This document shows, piece by piece, positions 1 to 9,376 of a stretch of 64,000 nt of DNA. The DNA lies in assembly GCA_051004015.1 (NCBI GenBank), contig JBPCKT010000135.1, forward strand, positions 6,598 through 70,597, in the 5' to 3' direction. The notes beneath the pieces are model-generated. The model had not been told where the DNA came from. It worked only from the letters and a program-made list of their open reading frames with translations, and ran no database searches. The stretch is from Pirellulaceae bacterium (lineage in GTDB: Bacteria > Planctomycetota > Planctomycetia > Pirellulales > Pirellulaceae). Every line of letters begins with the position of its first letter. The stretch's first letter is position 1. The position numbers were made by a program, and so were the translations under genes.

Positions 1-1
1 G

Positions 2-2599
2 ATGTCAATTTCGGGCGGCACCATCTATTCGATCGAGGGCAAACGCGTCTCCAAGGAAACCGGACCCGCCCCAACCTCTGCTCAGCCCGCTCGCGGCTTC
101 CAGTACAACGTGCAGCCCCGTCGGTCCCGCAGCAATTTCCTGGCGGCTTACGAAGCGGCCAGCGGCAAGGCCAAGTGGCATCGTTCCGCCAGTGACGAAG
201 ACAAAGAAGGCTCCCAGGATGTCGGCTTTTTGGCGGCTCCGGTCCCTTACGGCAGCTTGCTGCTCGTTCCCATCACGGACGGCGGCACCATCTGGCTGTA
301 CGGCCTCGATAGCAAGGACGGTTCGACCGTCTGGAAGGCGTACCTCTGCGACGAACCGGCCGGCGGCTGCAATCCGTGGTCTCCGGTCGGCATCTCCATC
401 GACGGTCGCGATGCGTACATTCTTTGCGGCACCGGCGTGGTCTTCGCCGTGGATGCCGTATCGGGGGCCATTCGCTGGGCCGTCCGCTACAAGCGGGAGC
501 AGAAGCCGAACATGACGATGCGGAACTACAACATGACCATGATGGACGTCGAGGGCTGGGATGACGACGTGGTGATCCCCTATGGCAAAACGCTGGTGGT
601 GATGGCTTCCGATAGCAATGAGATGATCTGGCTCGACCGCCGCACCGGCGCTTTCGGCAACGGACTGTCGCCGCGGATCAGCCCGTTCGGCCAGGCCGCC
701 AATTACGTCCTGGGGACCAAGGGTCCCAGCCTGTTTGTCGCCGGCCGCAACATCGTCCGCCGCTACGACATCCCCAGCAGCAAGTTGATTTGGGAAAGGG
801 AAATTGAAGACTCGCTGGGCCGCGGCGTGCTCACCGAAGACGCCCTTTACATCCCGGTGAAAAACTCCGTCCTCAAGCTCGACCCGGACAACAAGGGGCG
901 CGAGCTGAGCCAGGTCGGCGTGCAGCTCACCACGGAAGACCCCGTGGGCAATCTGTTTTCCGACGGCGAGAAGCTGTGGGTGGCCGGAGCGGGGCGGGTC
1001 TATGCCATGACCAACCTCGAGCATCGCATGGCCCTGCTGCAGGAGAAGATTTCCGCCGGAGACGGCGAAGCGCAGCTCAACCGGATGCGGCTCTACGCCA
1101 AGGAAAAGAAGTTCGAGGAAATGCTGGTAGATTTACGCGGCTCTTATCAGCTCTTCAAGGCCAGTCTGACCCCCGACCAGTCCGCTGACAAGTTTTTCTC
1201 CGCCCTGGCGGAGTTGAAACTATCCCAGGATAACCCGTCGCTCGTGCTGGAGCTGCTCGCCGAGGAATTCGTCACGGCTGCTTCCCTGCCGCCACTGGGT
1301 AAGGAGATTGTCGCGCGGCGGAACGACCTGCTGAGCAGCTCGCTCTCCGTCATCCGCCAGAAAAAGCTGAAAGGCCTGACCGCTCAGGTTCTGGGCATCG
1401 CTCCGCTCCTGGAGCCGGAATATCTGCAACATGCGGCCGCCCAGACGCTGGACGCCACCTATCGCGGGGAGGAAGACCTGGCTGCACTGAAAGTGGCCGC
1501 GGGCGGCAGTGTGCTCGCCCAGCTCATATCGGTTGGTCCGCTATCCAAGGCGGCTCCCCAGGACGTGAAGGACTCGCTCGCCAAATTTCTGGAATCGAAG
1601 GACGACCGGCTGAAGCTCTCCGCCGCCCGCGCTTTGACGAACGCCGGCGAGCGAAGCACGTTGCCGGTTTTCTTGAAACTTCTGGAATCGGAGAATCCTC
1701 GAGTCCGCGTACGGGCCCACCAGTCGCTACGGTCGCTCTCGGGCCAGCAAATCACCTTCTCGTCCGACGGCAAGCCGGAGGAGCGCGTGAAAGCCGTGGG
1801 CGCTTGGAAGGCCTGGATCGAAAAGGATGGCCAGACGGCCAAGCTTACGCTCCCGCTTTCGGAAACCGACGTGCCGCTCGGCCGCACGCTGATTACTTCG
1901 CACGTCCACTCCCTGATTATCGAGCTCGATGCCAATCACAAGGAACGCTGGCGGATGCAGATCGCCAACGGCAATCCGTGGGGCTGCCAGGGGCTCCCCA
2001 ATGGTAACCGGCTTATTTCGGTCACCAGCCAATTGGCGGTGATTGAATACAACGAGGAAGGGAAAGAAGTCTGGAAGAAAGACCGCCTGCCGAGCTCCCC
2101 TTGGGGCGTGCAGCGGCTGGCCAACGGCAATACGCTGATTGCTTGCGCGGACAGCAATCAGATCCTGGAGGTTTCCCCGGACGGCACCTCGACTTCCATC
2201 CCGCTCGCCGGCCGGCCGATGAGCGCCCAGCGGCTGGAAAACGGCAACACGCTGGTGGCTTTGCAGACCAGCAACAAGGTGGTGGAGGTCGACAAGGCGA
2301 ACAAAGTCGTGTGGGAAGCCCGCAATATGAACGGCCCTTGCTCCGCCACGCGGCTGGAGAACGGCAATACGCTGATCGTGCAGATGTATACCGGCCAGGT
2401 GGTGGAGGTGGATGCCGCCGGAAAGACCACGGTCTGGACTGCGCAGATTCCACTCGTCAGCCCCTGCAACGCCCAGCGGCTCCCCAACGGCAACACCCTG
2501 ATCGCGGACAACAACGGCGTGCATGAAGTCGATCCCACGGGCAAGGAGATCCGCTGGCAGCATAAGCAGAACAACTCGTCGAGCGTGTCTCAGTTTTAA
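2..2599 (+). CDS. Multi-domain protein, 5'-truncated by the window edge: PQQ/BamB-like propeller, HEAT repeats and a C-terminal propeller with repeated RLxNGNTL blades
   Basis: Frame is open from the window edge to TAA at 2597-2599. Motifs: VFAVDAVSGAIRWAV (PQQ-like), ESKDDRLKLSAARAL / ESENPRVRVRAHQSL (HEAT), and six RL(A/E/P)NGNTL(I/V)A repeats. Confidence 0.85.
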   Translation: MSISGGTIYSIEGKRVSKETGPAPTSAQPARGFQYNVQPRRSRSNFLAAYEAASGKAKWHRSASDEDKEGSQDVGFLAAPVPYGSLLLVPITDGGTIWLYGLDSKDGSTVWKAYLCDEPAGGCNPWSPVGISIDGRDAYILCGTGVVFAVDAVSGAIRWAVRYKREQKPNMTMRNYNMTMMDVEGWDDDVVIPYGKTLVVMASDSNEMIWLDRRTGAFGNGLSPRISPFGQAANYVLGTKGPSLFVAGRNIVRRYDIPSSKLIWEREIEDSLGRGVLTEDALYIPVKNSVLKLDPDNKGRELSQVGVQLTTEDPVGNLFSDGEKLWVAGAGRVYAMTNLEHRMALLQEKISAGDGEAQLNRMRLYAKEKKFEEMLVDLRGSYQLFKASLTPDQSADKFFSALAELKLSQDNPSLVLELLAEEFVTAASLPPLGKEIVARRNDLLSSSLSVIRQKKLKGLTAQVLGIAPLLEPEYLQHAAAQTLDATYRGEEDLAALKVAAGGSVLAQLISVGPLSKAAPQDVKDSLAKFLESKDDRLKLSAARALTNAGERSTLPVFLKLLESENPRVRVRAHQSLRSLSGQQITFSSDGKPEERVKAVGAWKAWIEKDGQTAKLTLPLSETDVPLGRTLITSHVHSLIIELDANHKERWRMQIANGNPWGCQGLPNGNRLISVTSQLAVIEYNEEGKEVWKKDRLPSSPWGVQRLANGNTLIACADSNQILEVSPDGTSTSIPLAGRPMSAQRLENGNTLVALQTSNKVVEVDKANKVVWEARNMNGPCSATRLENGNTLIVQMYTGQVVEVDAAGKTTVWTAQIPLVSPCNAQRLPNGNTLIADNNGVHEVDPTGKEIRWQHKQNNSSSVSQF

Positions 2600-2673
2600 G
2601 GAGATTGACGACACCAGCCTGAAGCGCAAGCGAAGGAAAGCGCGTTGACCCTCAGCGGCGGGAATTACGAGAA

Positions 2674-4359
2674 TTGATGAGCGCGGAACTGAATAAAGCG
2701 AACCTAAGGTCGTCCGTCTTGCAGAGGATGCGGCGCTGTCCTTCGCTTGCGCTCCAGGCTTGGGGTTTGGCGATGGCCCTTTCCGCCAGCGCTCAGGACT
2801 CTCTTCCCGGCAACCTCAAGCTCCTGCAAGAGTTTGAAATCGCCCCGACCAAGGAGTCCGTCGCCGCCTATCTCGTCTCGCTCCACCCATCGCCGGGAGA
2901 GCGAGAGCTGTTGCGCCAGCTCGTTTCCGAGCTTGGCAACGACAGTTACGCCCAGCGGGAATCCGCGACTCGCCAGCTCCTGCGCAGGCCGACGGGAGTG
3001 ATTCCCATCCTTGAGGATGCGACCAAGAACCAGGATTTTGAAATCCGCTGGCGGTCCAAGCAAATTCTGGAGCACACCCAGCGCGAGAGCCGCCGCTTGC
3101 TGGAGGCGGTGTTCGTCACGGTGCAAAAGGAAAAGCTCGTTGGCCTTTGCCGCCCGCTGTTCGGGGCGGTTGGGCTCTGCAAGGACGACTATCTGCGGAT
3201 TCAGCTCCGCCGGGCACTCGCGGAAAGCTCCCAGGAAGCCGACGCACCTTTCCTCATCGAGCAGCTCCACTCCGCCGACGTGCAGCAACGGGTGGCCGCT
3301 ATTGCGACCCTGGGCAAAGTCAGCCCCAAGGCCGGAGCCGAGCAAGCGACAAGTTTGCTGGCGGACGAGAACCCACTCGTGCAATTGGCCGCGCTCCGCA
3401 TCCTGGCGGACCAGGGACGCCGGGATTCGTTGCCGCATCTGGTCAAGCTGCTGGATTCCCCGGAGACCCCCGTCCGCACCGAAAGCATTCGCATCCTGCG
3501 GGCCTTCACCGGCCAGCACTTCGGCTTTACCGTCTACGAGCCGGCCGACAAACGGGCCGCCAGCCTGGAGCAGTGGCGGAAGTGGCTGGCGGAGAGTGGC
3601 ATGACGGCGGAGCTCAAATTTCCGCTGTCTGATGTTGCCATCGACCTGGGACGCTTGCTCGTCTGCGACATGGGTCAGCAGAAAGTCATTGAGTACGATA
3701 GTGCCGGCGTGAAAGTCTGGGAAAAGCAAGTCGGCCAGGCGCCTTGGGCCTGCTTTGGCCTTCCCAACGGGCACCGCATCGCCGGCAGCTACCAGGACCG
3801 CACCGTGGTGGAGTATGACGAAGCCGGCAACGAATTCTGGCGGATGAACGATCTCCCCGGCGGACCGATGGGGGTGCAGCGGCTGGACAACGGCAACACG
3901 CTCCTGGCCATCCCGGATGCGATGCAAGTGATTGAAGTCTCCCCCGACAAGAAAATCGTCTGGAAGGCGGCTATCGATGGCCGCCCCACCTTTGCCCGCC
4001 GCCTGGAAGACGGCCGCACGCTCGTCTCGCTGCAGCAGCACCAAAAGGTGGTGGAGATTGATGAAGGGGGCAAAGTTGCCTGGGAGCTGCCCATCAAAGG
4101 CATGTCCTTCAGCGCGGACCGCACCCCGGCGGGAACCACGCTGATTTGCGACCTGCAAAAAGGGGAAGTCCGTGAATATGACCGGAGCGGAGCCGTGGTC
4201 TTTCAAAAGGCCGGCTTCAGCAATCCCTACACCGTGCAGCGGCTGGCCAGCGGCCACACGATGGTGGTAGACCGGACCGGCGTGAAAGAGCTCGACCTCA
4301 AGGGGAATATTGTCAAAGACCTGCCGATGACGAACGTCTACCGCGCCCACCGCTATTGA
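2674..4359 (+). CDS. HEAT-repeat plus NGNTL-type beta-propeller protein, a shorter paralog of the upstream gene
   Basis: TTG at 2674 or ATG at 2677. Signal-like LALQAWGLAMALSASAQD. HEAT motifs (DENPLVQLAALRIL, DSPETPVRTESIRIL). RLDNGNTLLA and RLEDGRTLVS blades. C-terminal organisation matches ORF 2..2599. Confidence 0.85.
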   Translation: MMSAELNKANLRSSVLQRMRRCPSLALQAWGLAMALSASAQDSLPGNLKLLQEFEIAPTKESVAAYLVSLHPSPGERELLRQLVSELGNDSYAQRESATRQLLRRPTGVIPILEDATKNQDFEIRWRSKQILEHTQRESRRLLEAVFVTVQKEKLVGLCRPLFGAVGLCKDDYLRIQLRRALAESSQEADAPFLIEQLHSADVQQRVAAIATLGKVSPKAGAEQATSLLADENPLVQLAALRILADQGRRDSLPHLVKLLDSPETPVRTESIRILRAFTGQHFGFTVYEPADKRAASLEQWRKWLAESGMTAELKFPLSDVAIDLGRLLVCDMGQQKVIEYDSAGVKVWEKQVGQAPWACFGLPNGHRIAGSYQDRTVVEYDEAGNEFWRMNDLPGGPMGVQRLDNGNTLLAIPDAMQVIEVSPDKKIVWKAAIDGRPTFARRLEDGRTLVSLQQHQKVVEIDEGGKVAWELPIKGMSFSADRTPAGTTLICDLQKGEVREYDRSGAVVFQKAGFSNPYTVQRLASGHTMVVDRTGVKELDLKGNIVKDLPMTNVYRAHRY

Positions 4360-4384
4360 TGCACTAACCTCGAAACGAACTTCC

Positions 4385-6931
4385 GTGAACCTAATCCCCG
4401 CACCCCTCCTGGCCGCCACTCTGTGGGACAACCTGCTCTGGCTGGCGGGCTACAACGACCTCCGCGAGATGCCGCCGGGAGCGAAAGTCACGCGCGAGTT
4501 TCTCAACCAGCCCACCAGTTGGGGCGTGTTCGTCCTGATTGCCGTCATCGCGGCCCTGCTGTATGCGATTTACGCACTATACCGGCGGGAAATGGCCGGC
4601 TGCCCGACGTGGGTGAAAATGGTGCTGGCCACGCTCCGCGCCGCGGCGATGCTGCTCCTGGTGTTCATCCTGCTCAACCCGGCGCTCATTTATTACCGCT
4701 ACCGCGCGGACCATCCCGCGCTCATTGTGGCCCGCGACGCTTCGCTATCCATGAACACGCGCGACAGTTACCAGGACGCGAGCGCCGCGGGCAGCGTGGC
4801 GAAACTGCTCGGAAAAAGCCCCGAGGACATCCGCAAGCAGAAGCCGACGCGGGTGGAGATAATCAATGACGCGCTCACCCGAGACAATTTGAAATTCCTC
4901 ACGGCACTCTCGGCCCGCGGCAAAGTGCGGGCCCTCAATTTCTCGGACCACGTCGACAAGGTGGATGCTCGCGCCGCTAAAGCGGAGGCGGCGAAGGATG
5001 CTAAATCAAATAACAAGGATGACGAGAAAGCGGAACCGGCGGTAAGGCCGCTGCCCACATTGATTGCCGATGGGCGGGGCACGGACATTTGGGCGGCGAT
5101 TCGCGAAGCCTTGGCCACCGAATCTCCCTCCGCCATCGTGATGTTCACCGACGGCCAGCATACCGGCAAGGACGACCCCCGCACCGCCGCGCGCGAGGCG
5201 CGGGATCGGGGAATTCCCCTGCTCATCGTCGGCGTCGGCGATCCTTCTCGGCCTCGGAACCTGAAAGCGACCGACCTCTATGTTCGCCAGCAGGTCTGGC
5301 AGGACGAGCCCTTCGAAATTGACGCCATGGTCGTGGCCCAGGGACTTGAGCCGCGGGAAGTGCGGGTGGAGCTCATCGAGCAGAAAATCAGCGATGCCGA
5401 CGGCACCGCCGGCTCGGGCACGGTCGTGGCTACGCAGCAGCTCGCCATTCCCGAAGCGGGTGGCCGCCTGCGGGTGCAGTTCTCGCACAGCGTCAAGGAA
5501 TCGGGCAAGTTCAAGTACACCGTCAAGGTCGAGAGCGTCGAGAACGAGCTCGACGAAGCGGACAACGAAACCCCCACGGCCGAGGCCAAGGTCCTCAGCC
5601 GCGAACGGGTGCGGGTGCTGCTCGTCGCCGGCGCGCCGACCTGGGAGTTCCGGCTGGTGCAGAAGCTGCTGGCTCGCGACAAGACGATCACTGTTTCCTG
5701 CTGGCTGCAGACGCTCGACGAGGAGCGAGCCCAGGAAGGGACGCGGCAGATCACACGTCTGCCCATTACCAAGGAAGAACTGTTCTACTACGACGTGGTG
5801 ATGCTGTTTGACCCGAATCCCCAAGAGTTCGATGCACCCTGGGTCGAGCTGCTCAAGAGTTTTGTCGGGGAACATTCCGGCGGTCTCTTGTTCATGGCCG
5901 GCCCCAAGCATTCGGGCCGCATGTTGACGAGCCCCCGCACCAGCGAGATGCAAAAGCTGATGCCCGTGAGCTTTGGCGACGTCGGCGCGCTCGAAGTGGC
6001 CGCACTGCTTTCCACCAACCAACGGGCCTGGCCGCTCAAGGTTGTGGCCGCGAATGCGGACCACCCCGTGATGCGGTTCTATCCCGATCGGGCCGAGACC
6101 TTGCAGCGGTGGGAGACGCTCCCCGGCATTTTCTGGAGCTTCCCCTCGCAGGAACCCAAGCCGACGGCCACTGTATTGCTGGAGCATAGCGACCCCACCC
6201 TCCGCAGCGTGGAAGGTTCGCGGCCGCTGCTCGTCGCTGGCCGCTACGGCAGCGGGCACACGCTCTACTTGGGCTTCAATGGCACCTGGCGCTGGCGGCG
6301 TGCCGGGCGGCAGGCGGAGTTCTTTGACAAGTTCTGGATACAGTCCGTTCGCTACCTGGTCGAAGGCCGCTCGTTGGAAGGCCGCCGCCGCGGTTATGTG
6401 CAAGCCGACCGCGACCGCTATGAAGTGGGCGAACGAATTATTGTGACGTCCCGCCTGCAGGATGCCGCTTACAACCCGCTCGTCGCTCCCAAGGCAGAGG
6501 CGACGTTGCAAGTCGGTTCCGAGTCGCCGGAAACCGTTGTCCTGATGCCGGTCTCCAATCAACCGGGCACGTTTGAGGCCACTCTCATTGCCAAAAAGAC
6601 CGGCCGCCACAGCCTCCGCGTTCGTACCGCGGCAGCCGAGGCCGAAGGGTCCACCATTGAAACCTCGTTTGACGTCGTCCTCCCCAGCGTGGAAACCAAC
6701 CAGGTCTGGCTTGATAAGCCACTGCTCAAGGAGCTCGCCGAAACGTCCGGCGGCAAGTATTTTGACATCGACCAGCTCGACCAGCTCGCCGCGGCTGTGC
6801 CGGACAAGACGCGGCAGATTGAAGTCCGCGAGAAGCCCGACCCGTTGTGGGATGTGCGGGGAATGATGTTCCTCCTGGTCGGAATCCTCGGGGTGGAATG
6901 GCTCGTCCGCAAACGCTACAAGCTTCTCTAA
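4385..6931 (+). CDS. vWA-domain membrane protein, BatA/BatB-like
   Basis: GTG start. N-terminal and C-terminal TM helices. MIDAS-type DASLS followed by FTDGQHTG. Downstream segment VRVLLVAGAPTWEF...YDVVMLFDP...GGLLFMAG resembles a GATase1-like domain. Confidence 0.8.
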   Translation: MNLIPAPLLAATLWDNLLWLAGYNDLREMPPGAKVTREFLNQPTSWGVFVLIAVIAALLYAIYALYRREMAGCPTWVKMVLATLRAAAMLLLVFILLNPALIYYRYRADHPALIVARDASLSMNTRDSYQDASAAGSVAKLLGKSPEDIRKQKPTRVEIINDALTRDNLKFLTALSARGKVRALNFSDHVDKVDARAAKAEAAKDAKSNNKDDEKAEPAVRPLPTLIADGRGTDIWAAIREALATESPSAIVMFTDGQHTGKDDPRTAAREARDRGIPLLIVGVGDPSRPRNLKATDLYVRQQVWQDEPFEIDAMVVAQGLEPREVRVELIEQKISDADGTAGSGTVVATQQLAIPEAGGRLRVQFSHSVKESGKFKYTVKVESVENELDEADNETPTAEAKVLSRERVRVLLVAGAPTWEFRLVQKLLARDKTITVSCWLQTLDEERAQEGTRQITRLPITKEELFYYDVVMLFDPNPQEFDAPWVELLKSFVGEHSGGLLFMAGPKHSGRMLTSPRTSEMQKLMPVSFGDVGALEVAALLSTNQRAWPLKVVAANADHPVMRFYPDRAETLQRWETLPGIFWSFPSQEPKPTATVLLEHSDPTLRSVEGSRPLLVAGRYGSGHTLYLGFNGTWRWRRAGRQAEFFDKFWIQSVRYLVEGRSLEGRRRGYVQADRDRYEVGERIIVTSRLQDAAYNPLVAPKAEATLQVGSESPETVVLMPVSNQPGTFEATLIAKKTGRHSLRVRTAAAEAEGSTIETSFDVVLPSVETNQVWLDKPLLKELAETSGGKYFDIDQLDQLAAAVPDKTRQIEVREKPDPLWDVRGMMFLLVGILGVEWLVRKRYKLL

Positions 6932-6940
6932 GAAATTCAT

Positions 6941-9172
6941 ATGTCCGATATTGCCGCCGGTCCGCTGACCAACGAAACCGCCCCCGTCATCACGCGGCTG
7001 TCGCAACTTCGTTCGCAGATGACCCGCTGGTTTTTGGTGGACGGCCTGTCCCGCGTCCTGTGGCTGCTCATCGGCCTGTGCGTGCTGGACCTGCCCATCG
7101 ACTGGTATTTCCACATGGACAAGCCGCAGCGGGTTGTCATGCTCGCCCTCATCGGGGCCGCCATTGCCTGGCTCGGCTGGCGGCGATTGGTGCGCCCGCT
7201 TTCGGTGCAGGTCAGCGACGATGCCCTCTGCTTGCAGGTGGAAAAAGGGAACAAGCAGCTTTCCGAAGGGCTGATTAGCGCCTTGCAATTTGCCCGCATG
7301 CCGGACGTGGCCGCGCGGGGAATGTCTCCGATGCTCGTCCGTCAGACGGTGCTTTATGGGACGCAGGCGGCACGGAATGTGAACTTCGGCGGCGTGCTGG
7401 ACGCCAAGCAGTTTCAAGTGAATGTGGGTCTGCTCGTCCTTGCCATGGTAGTGGTGGTGGGAACGGGCGTCGGCGTCGCGCAAAACAATTATCTGAATAT
7501 CTGGTTCAACCGGAACGTTTTGCTGGGCGATAAGCTTTGGCCCCAAAAAACGTACCTGGACGTGAAGCGTGTCAAGGACGGCAAGGTCAAGTTTCCCCGC
7601 GGCGAAGATTGGACGCAAGTTGTGGAGGTCACTCCGGACAGCGAAGTTGTTCCGGAGAACGTGTACATCGATTTCCGGCAGGCACGCGGCCGGAGCGTGC
7701 AGTCGATGAAAAAAACACCGGACCGGCCGCGAGAGTTTGAAACAGTCTTCAGCAACGTCATTGAAGAGTTTGAATTCCGGGCTCGCGGCGGCGACGCGGT
7801 TTCACCTTGGATTCAAGTGGAGTTGGTCGAGACTCCGGCAGTGGACGTGCTGCACCTTTTGGTGACTCCCCCGAAGTACACCGGCGAACAGGTCGTGGAG
7901 TTGCCCGCCGGCAAAGGCCCCTACTTCGTTCTCAAGGGAAGCTCGCTCAAGCTCTCCGGCAAGGCCAACAAGCCGCTCTCGGAAGCGTCGCTGGTCATTG
8001 AAGGGAAAAAGCATCCGCTGGAGTTGGCTCAGGGAACGGATTTTTCCGGCCAGTTAGCCGCGAAGGACTTGCTCGCGGGACAATATGTGATTGATTTGCA
8101 CGACGCGGAAAACCTCACCTCCCGCCGGCCGACCGCGTTCGGGCTCCGCATCCGGGCCGACCGTGAGCCGCGGGTGCGGACGAAACTTATCGGCGTGAGC
8201 GGAATGGTGGTGCCGCGGGCGCGGATTCCGCTCAATGCTCGCATCAGCGACGACTATGGCGTTACATCGGTGGAAGTGAAATACTTGTGGCGGGACGACG
8301 TGGCCCAAACGACGAACGAAGGTAAGCTGCCGCTGCCCGCCGCCCAGGAGCAGTTGAAGAAGGCCGAGTTCGCCTTTGACGACGTGCTCGACCTGGAGCC
8401 GCTCAAGATTCCGACCGGCACGTCGCTCAATTTTCATGTTGCCGCCCTGGATAACGATAACGTTTCCGGCCCGAATCTGGGGAAGTCGTCCGATTTCCTG
8501 CTCCGCGTCGTTACCGAGGAAGAGCTGCGGACCGACCTGCTTCGCCGCGAAAAAGAGCAGCGGCAGGAGTTCGAGCGGCTGCTGAAGAACGAGGAGGATT
8601 TGTTGACCGACTGCAAGGCCCTGCAAGCGGGCGTCACATCCGCCGCCAGCCTCAGCCAGGGGCAGAAGGACTTGCTGATGCAGTTTCAGCGGCGGCAAAA
8701 GGTGATCGGCACCAACGTCGCCGCCATTGCCGAGCGGCTGAGCGGCATCGTGATTGAGGTCCTCAACAACCGGATTGAAGACCCCGCGGGAAAGCTCGAG
8801 AAGCGGCTGAGGGAAGACATCATTCGCCCGATGCAGGAGATTGCCGAACTGGGAGTCCCCAGCGCCGTCTCGGAACTCGACAAGGCCCGCCGGCTCTCCG
8901 TGGAAGTCGCCCCTCGCGGCGAAGCAATGCAGGCCGCCGTTACTCGCCAGCAGGAGATTGTAGACCAGATGCAGGAAGTACTGCGTCACCTGGTGAAATC
9001 GGAAGGCTATCAGGAGGCGGTCAACTTGCTGTATGAGATTCAGAAGTCCCAGCAGGACGTATTCGACAAGACCGTGAAAGAGAAGCAGGACCGTATCAAG
9101 GGCATCATTGAAGGTCGGCCACCGGAGGAGAAAAAGCCCGAAGAGAAGCCGCCCGAGGAGAAGAAGCCGTAG
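6941..9172 (+). CDS. Hypothetical membrane protein with two N-terminal TM helices and a C-terminal coiled coil and EEKKP tail, possibly DUF4175-like
   Basis: ATG lies 10 nt after the upstream stop. TM helices VLWLLIGLCVLDL and VVMLALIGAAIAWLGW. Long heptad-like C-terminus. The family name is from memory only. Confidence 0.7.
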   Translation: MSDIAAGPLTNETAPVITRLSQLRSQMTRWFLVDGLSRVLWLLIGLCVLDLPIDWYFHMDKPQRVVMLALIGAAIAWLGWRRLVRPLSVQVSDDALCLQVEKGNKQLSEGLISALQFARMPDVAARGMSPMLVRQTVLYGTQAARNVNFGGVLDAKQFQVNVGLLVLAMVVVVGTGVGVAQNNYLNIWFNRNVLLGDKLWPQKTYLDVKRVKDGKVKFPRGEDWTQVVEVTPDSEVVPENVYIDFRQARGRSVQSMKKTPDRPREFETVFSNVIEEFEFRARGGDAVSPWIQVELVETPAVDVLHLLVTPPKYTGEQVVELPAGKGPYFVLKGSSLKLSGKANKPLSEASLVIEGKKHPLELAQGTDFSGQLAAKDLLAGQYVIDLHDAENLTSRRPTAFGLRIRADREPRVRTKLIGVSGMVVPRARIPLNARISDDYGVTSVEVKYLWRDDVAQTTNEGKLPLPAAQEQLKKAEFAFDDVLDLEPLKIPTGTSLNFHVAALDNDNVSGPNLGKSSDFLLRVVTEEELRTDLLRREKEQRQEFERLLKNEEDLLTDCKALQAGVTSAASLSQGQKDLLMQFQRRQKVIGTNVAAIAERLSGIVIEVLNNRIEDPAGKLEKRLREDIIRPMQEIAELGVPSAVSELDKARRLSVEVAPRGEAMQAAVTRQQEIVDQMQEVLRHLVKSEGYQEAVNLLYEIQKSQQDVFDKTVKEKQDRIKGIIEGRPPEEKKPEEKPPEEKKP

Positions 9173-9376
9173 GCCGAAATGCCAGTCGTGGGGTAGGCTT
9201 CCAGCCTGCCCGGGCCGCCAGAATTCCACTTGTGACATCCATTTTACAATAAATGTCTTTACGTCCGCCCGTTTGTCCCGTCATATTGATATCTGGAACT
9301 AATACCCGCCTTGCGGGTACTAATGACTGATTGTCGACCGCTTGCACCCGTTTGCCTGCTCCTTGGAGGGCGATTC

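Noticed and set aside
5006-7618. 870-aa minus-strand ORF, the longest ORF in the track
   Set aside because: It is antisense to two well-supported plus-strand genes and crosses their boundary. Its product is R/G/H/P/A-rich with no motif. It is a typical high-GC shadow frame that shares third-codon positions with the real genes.
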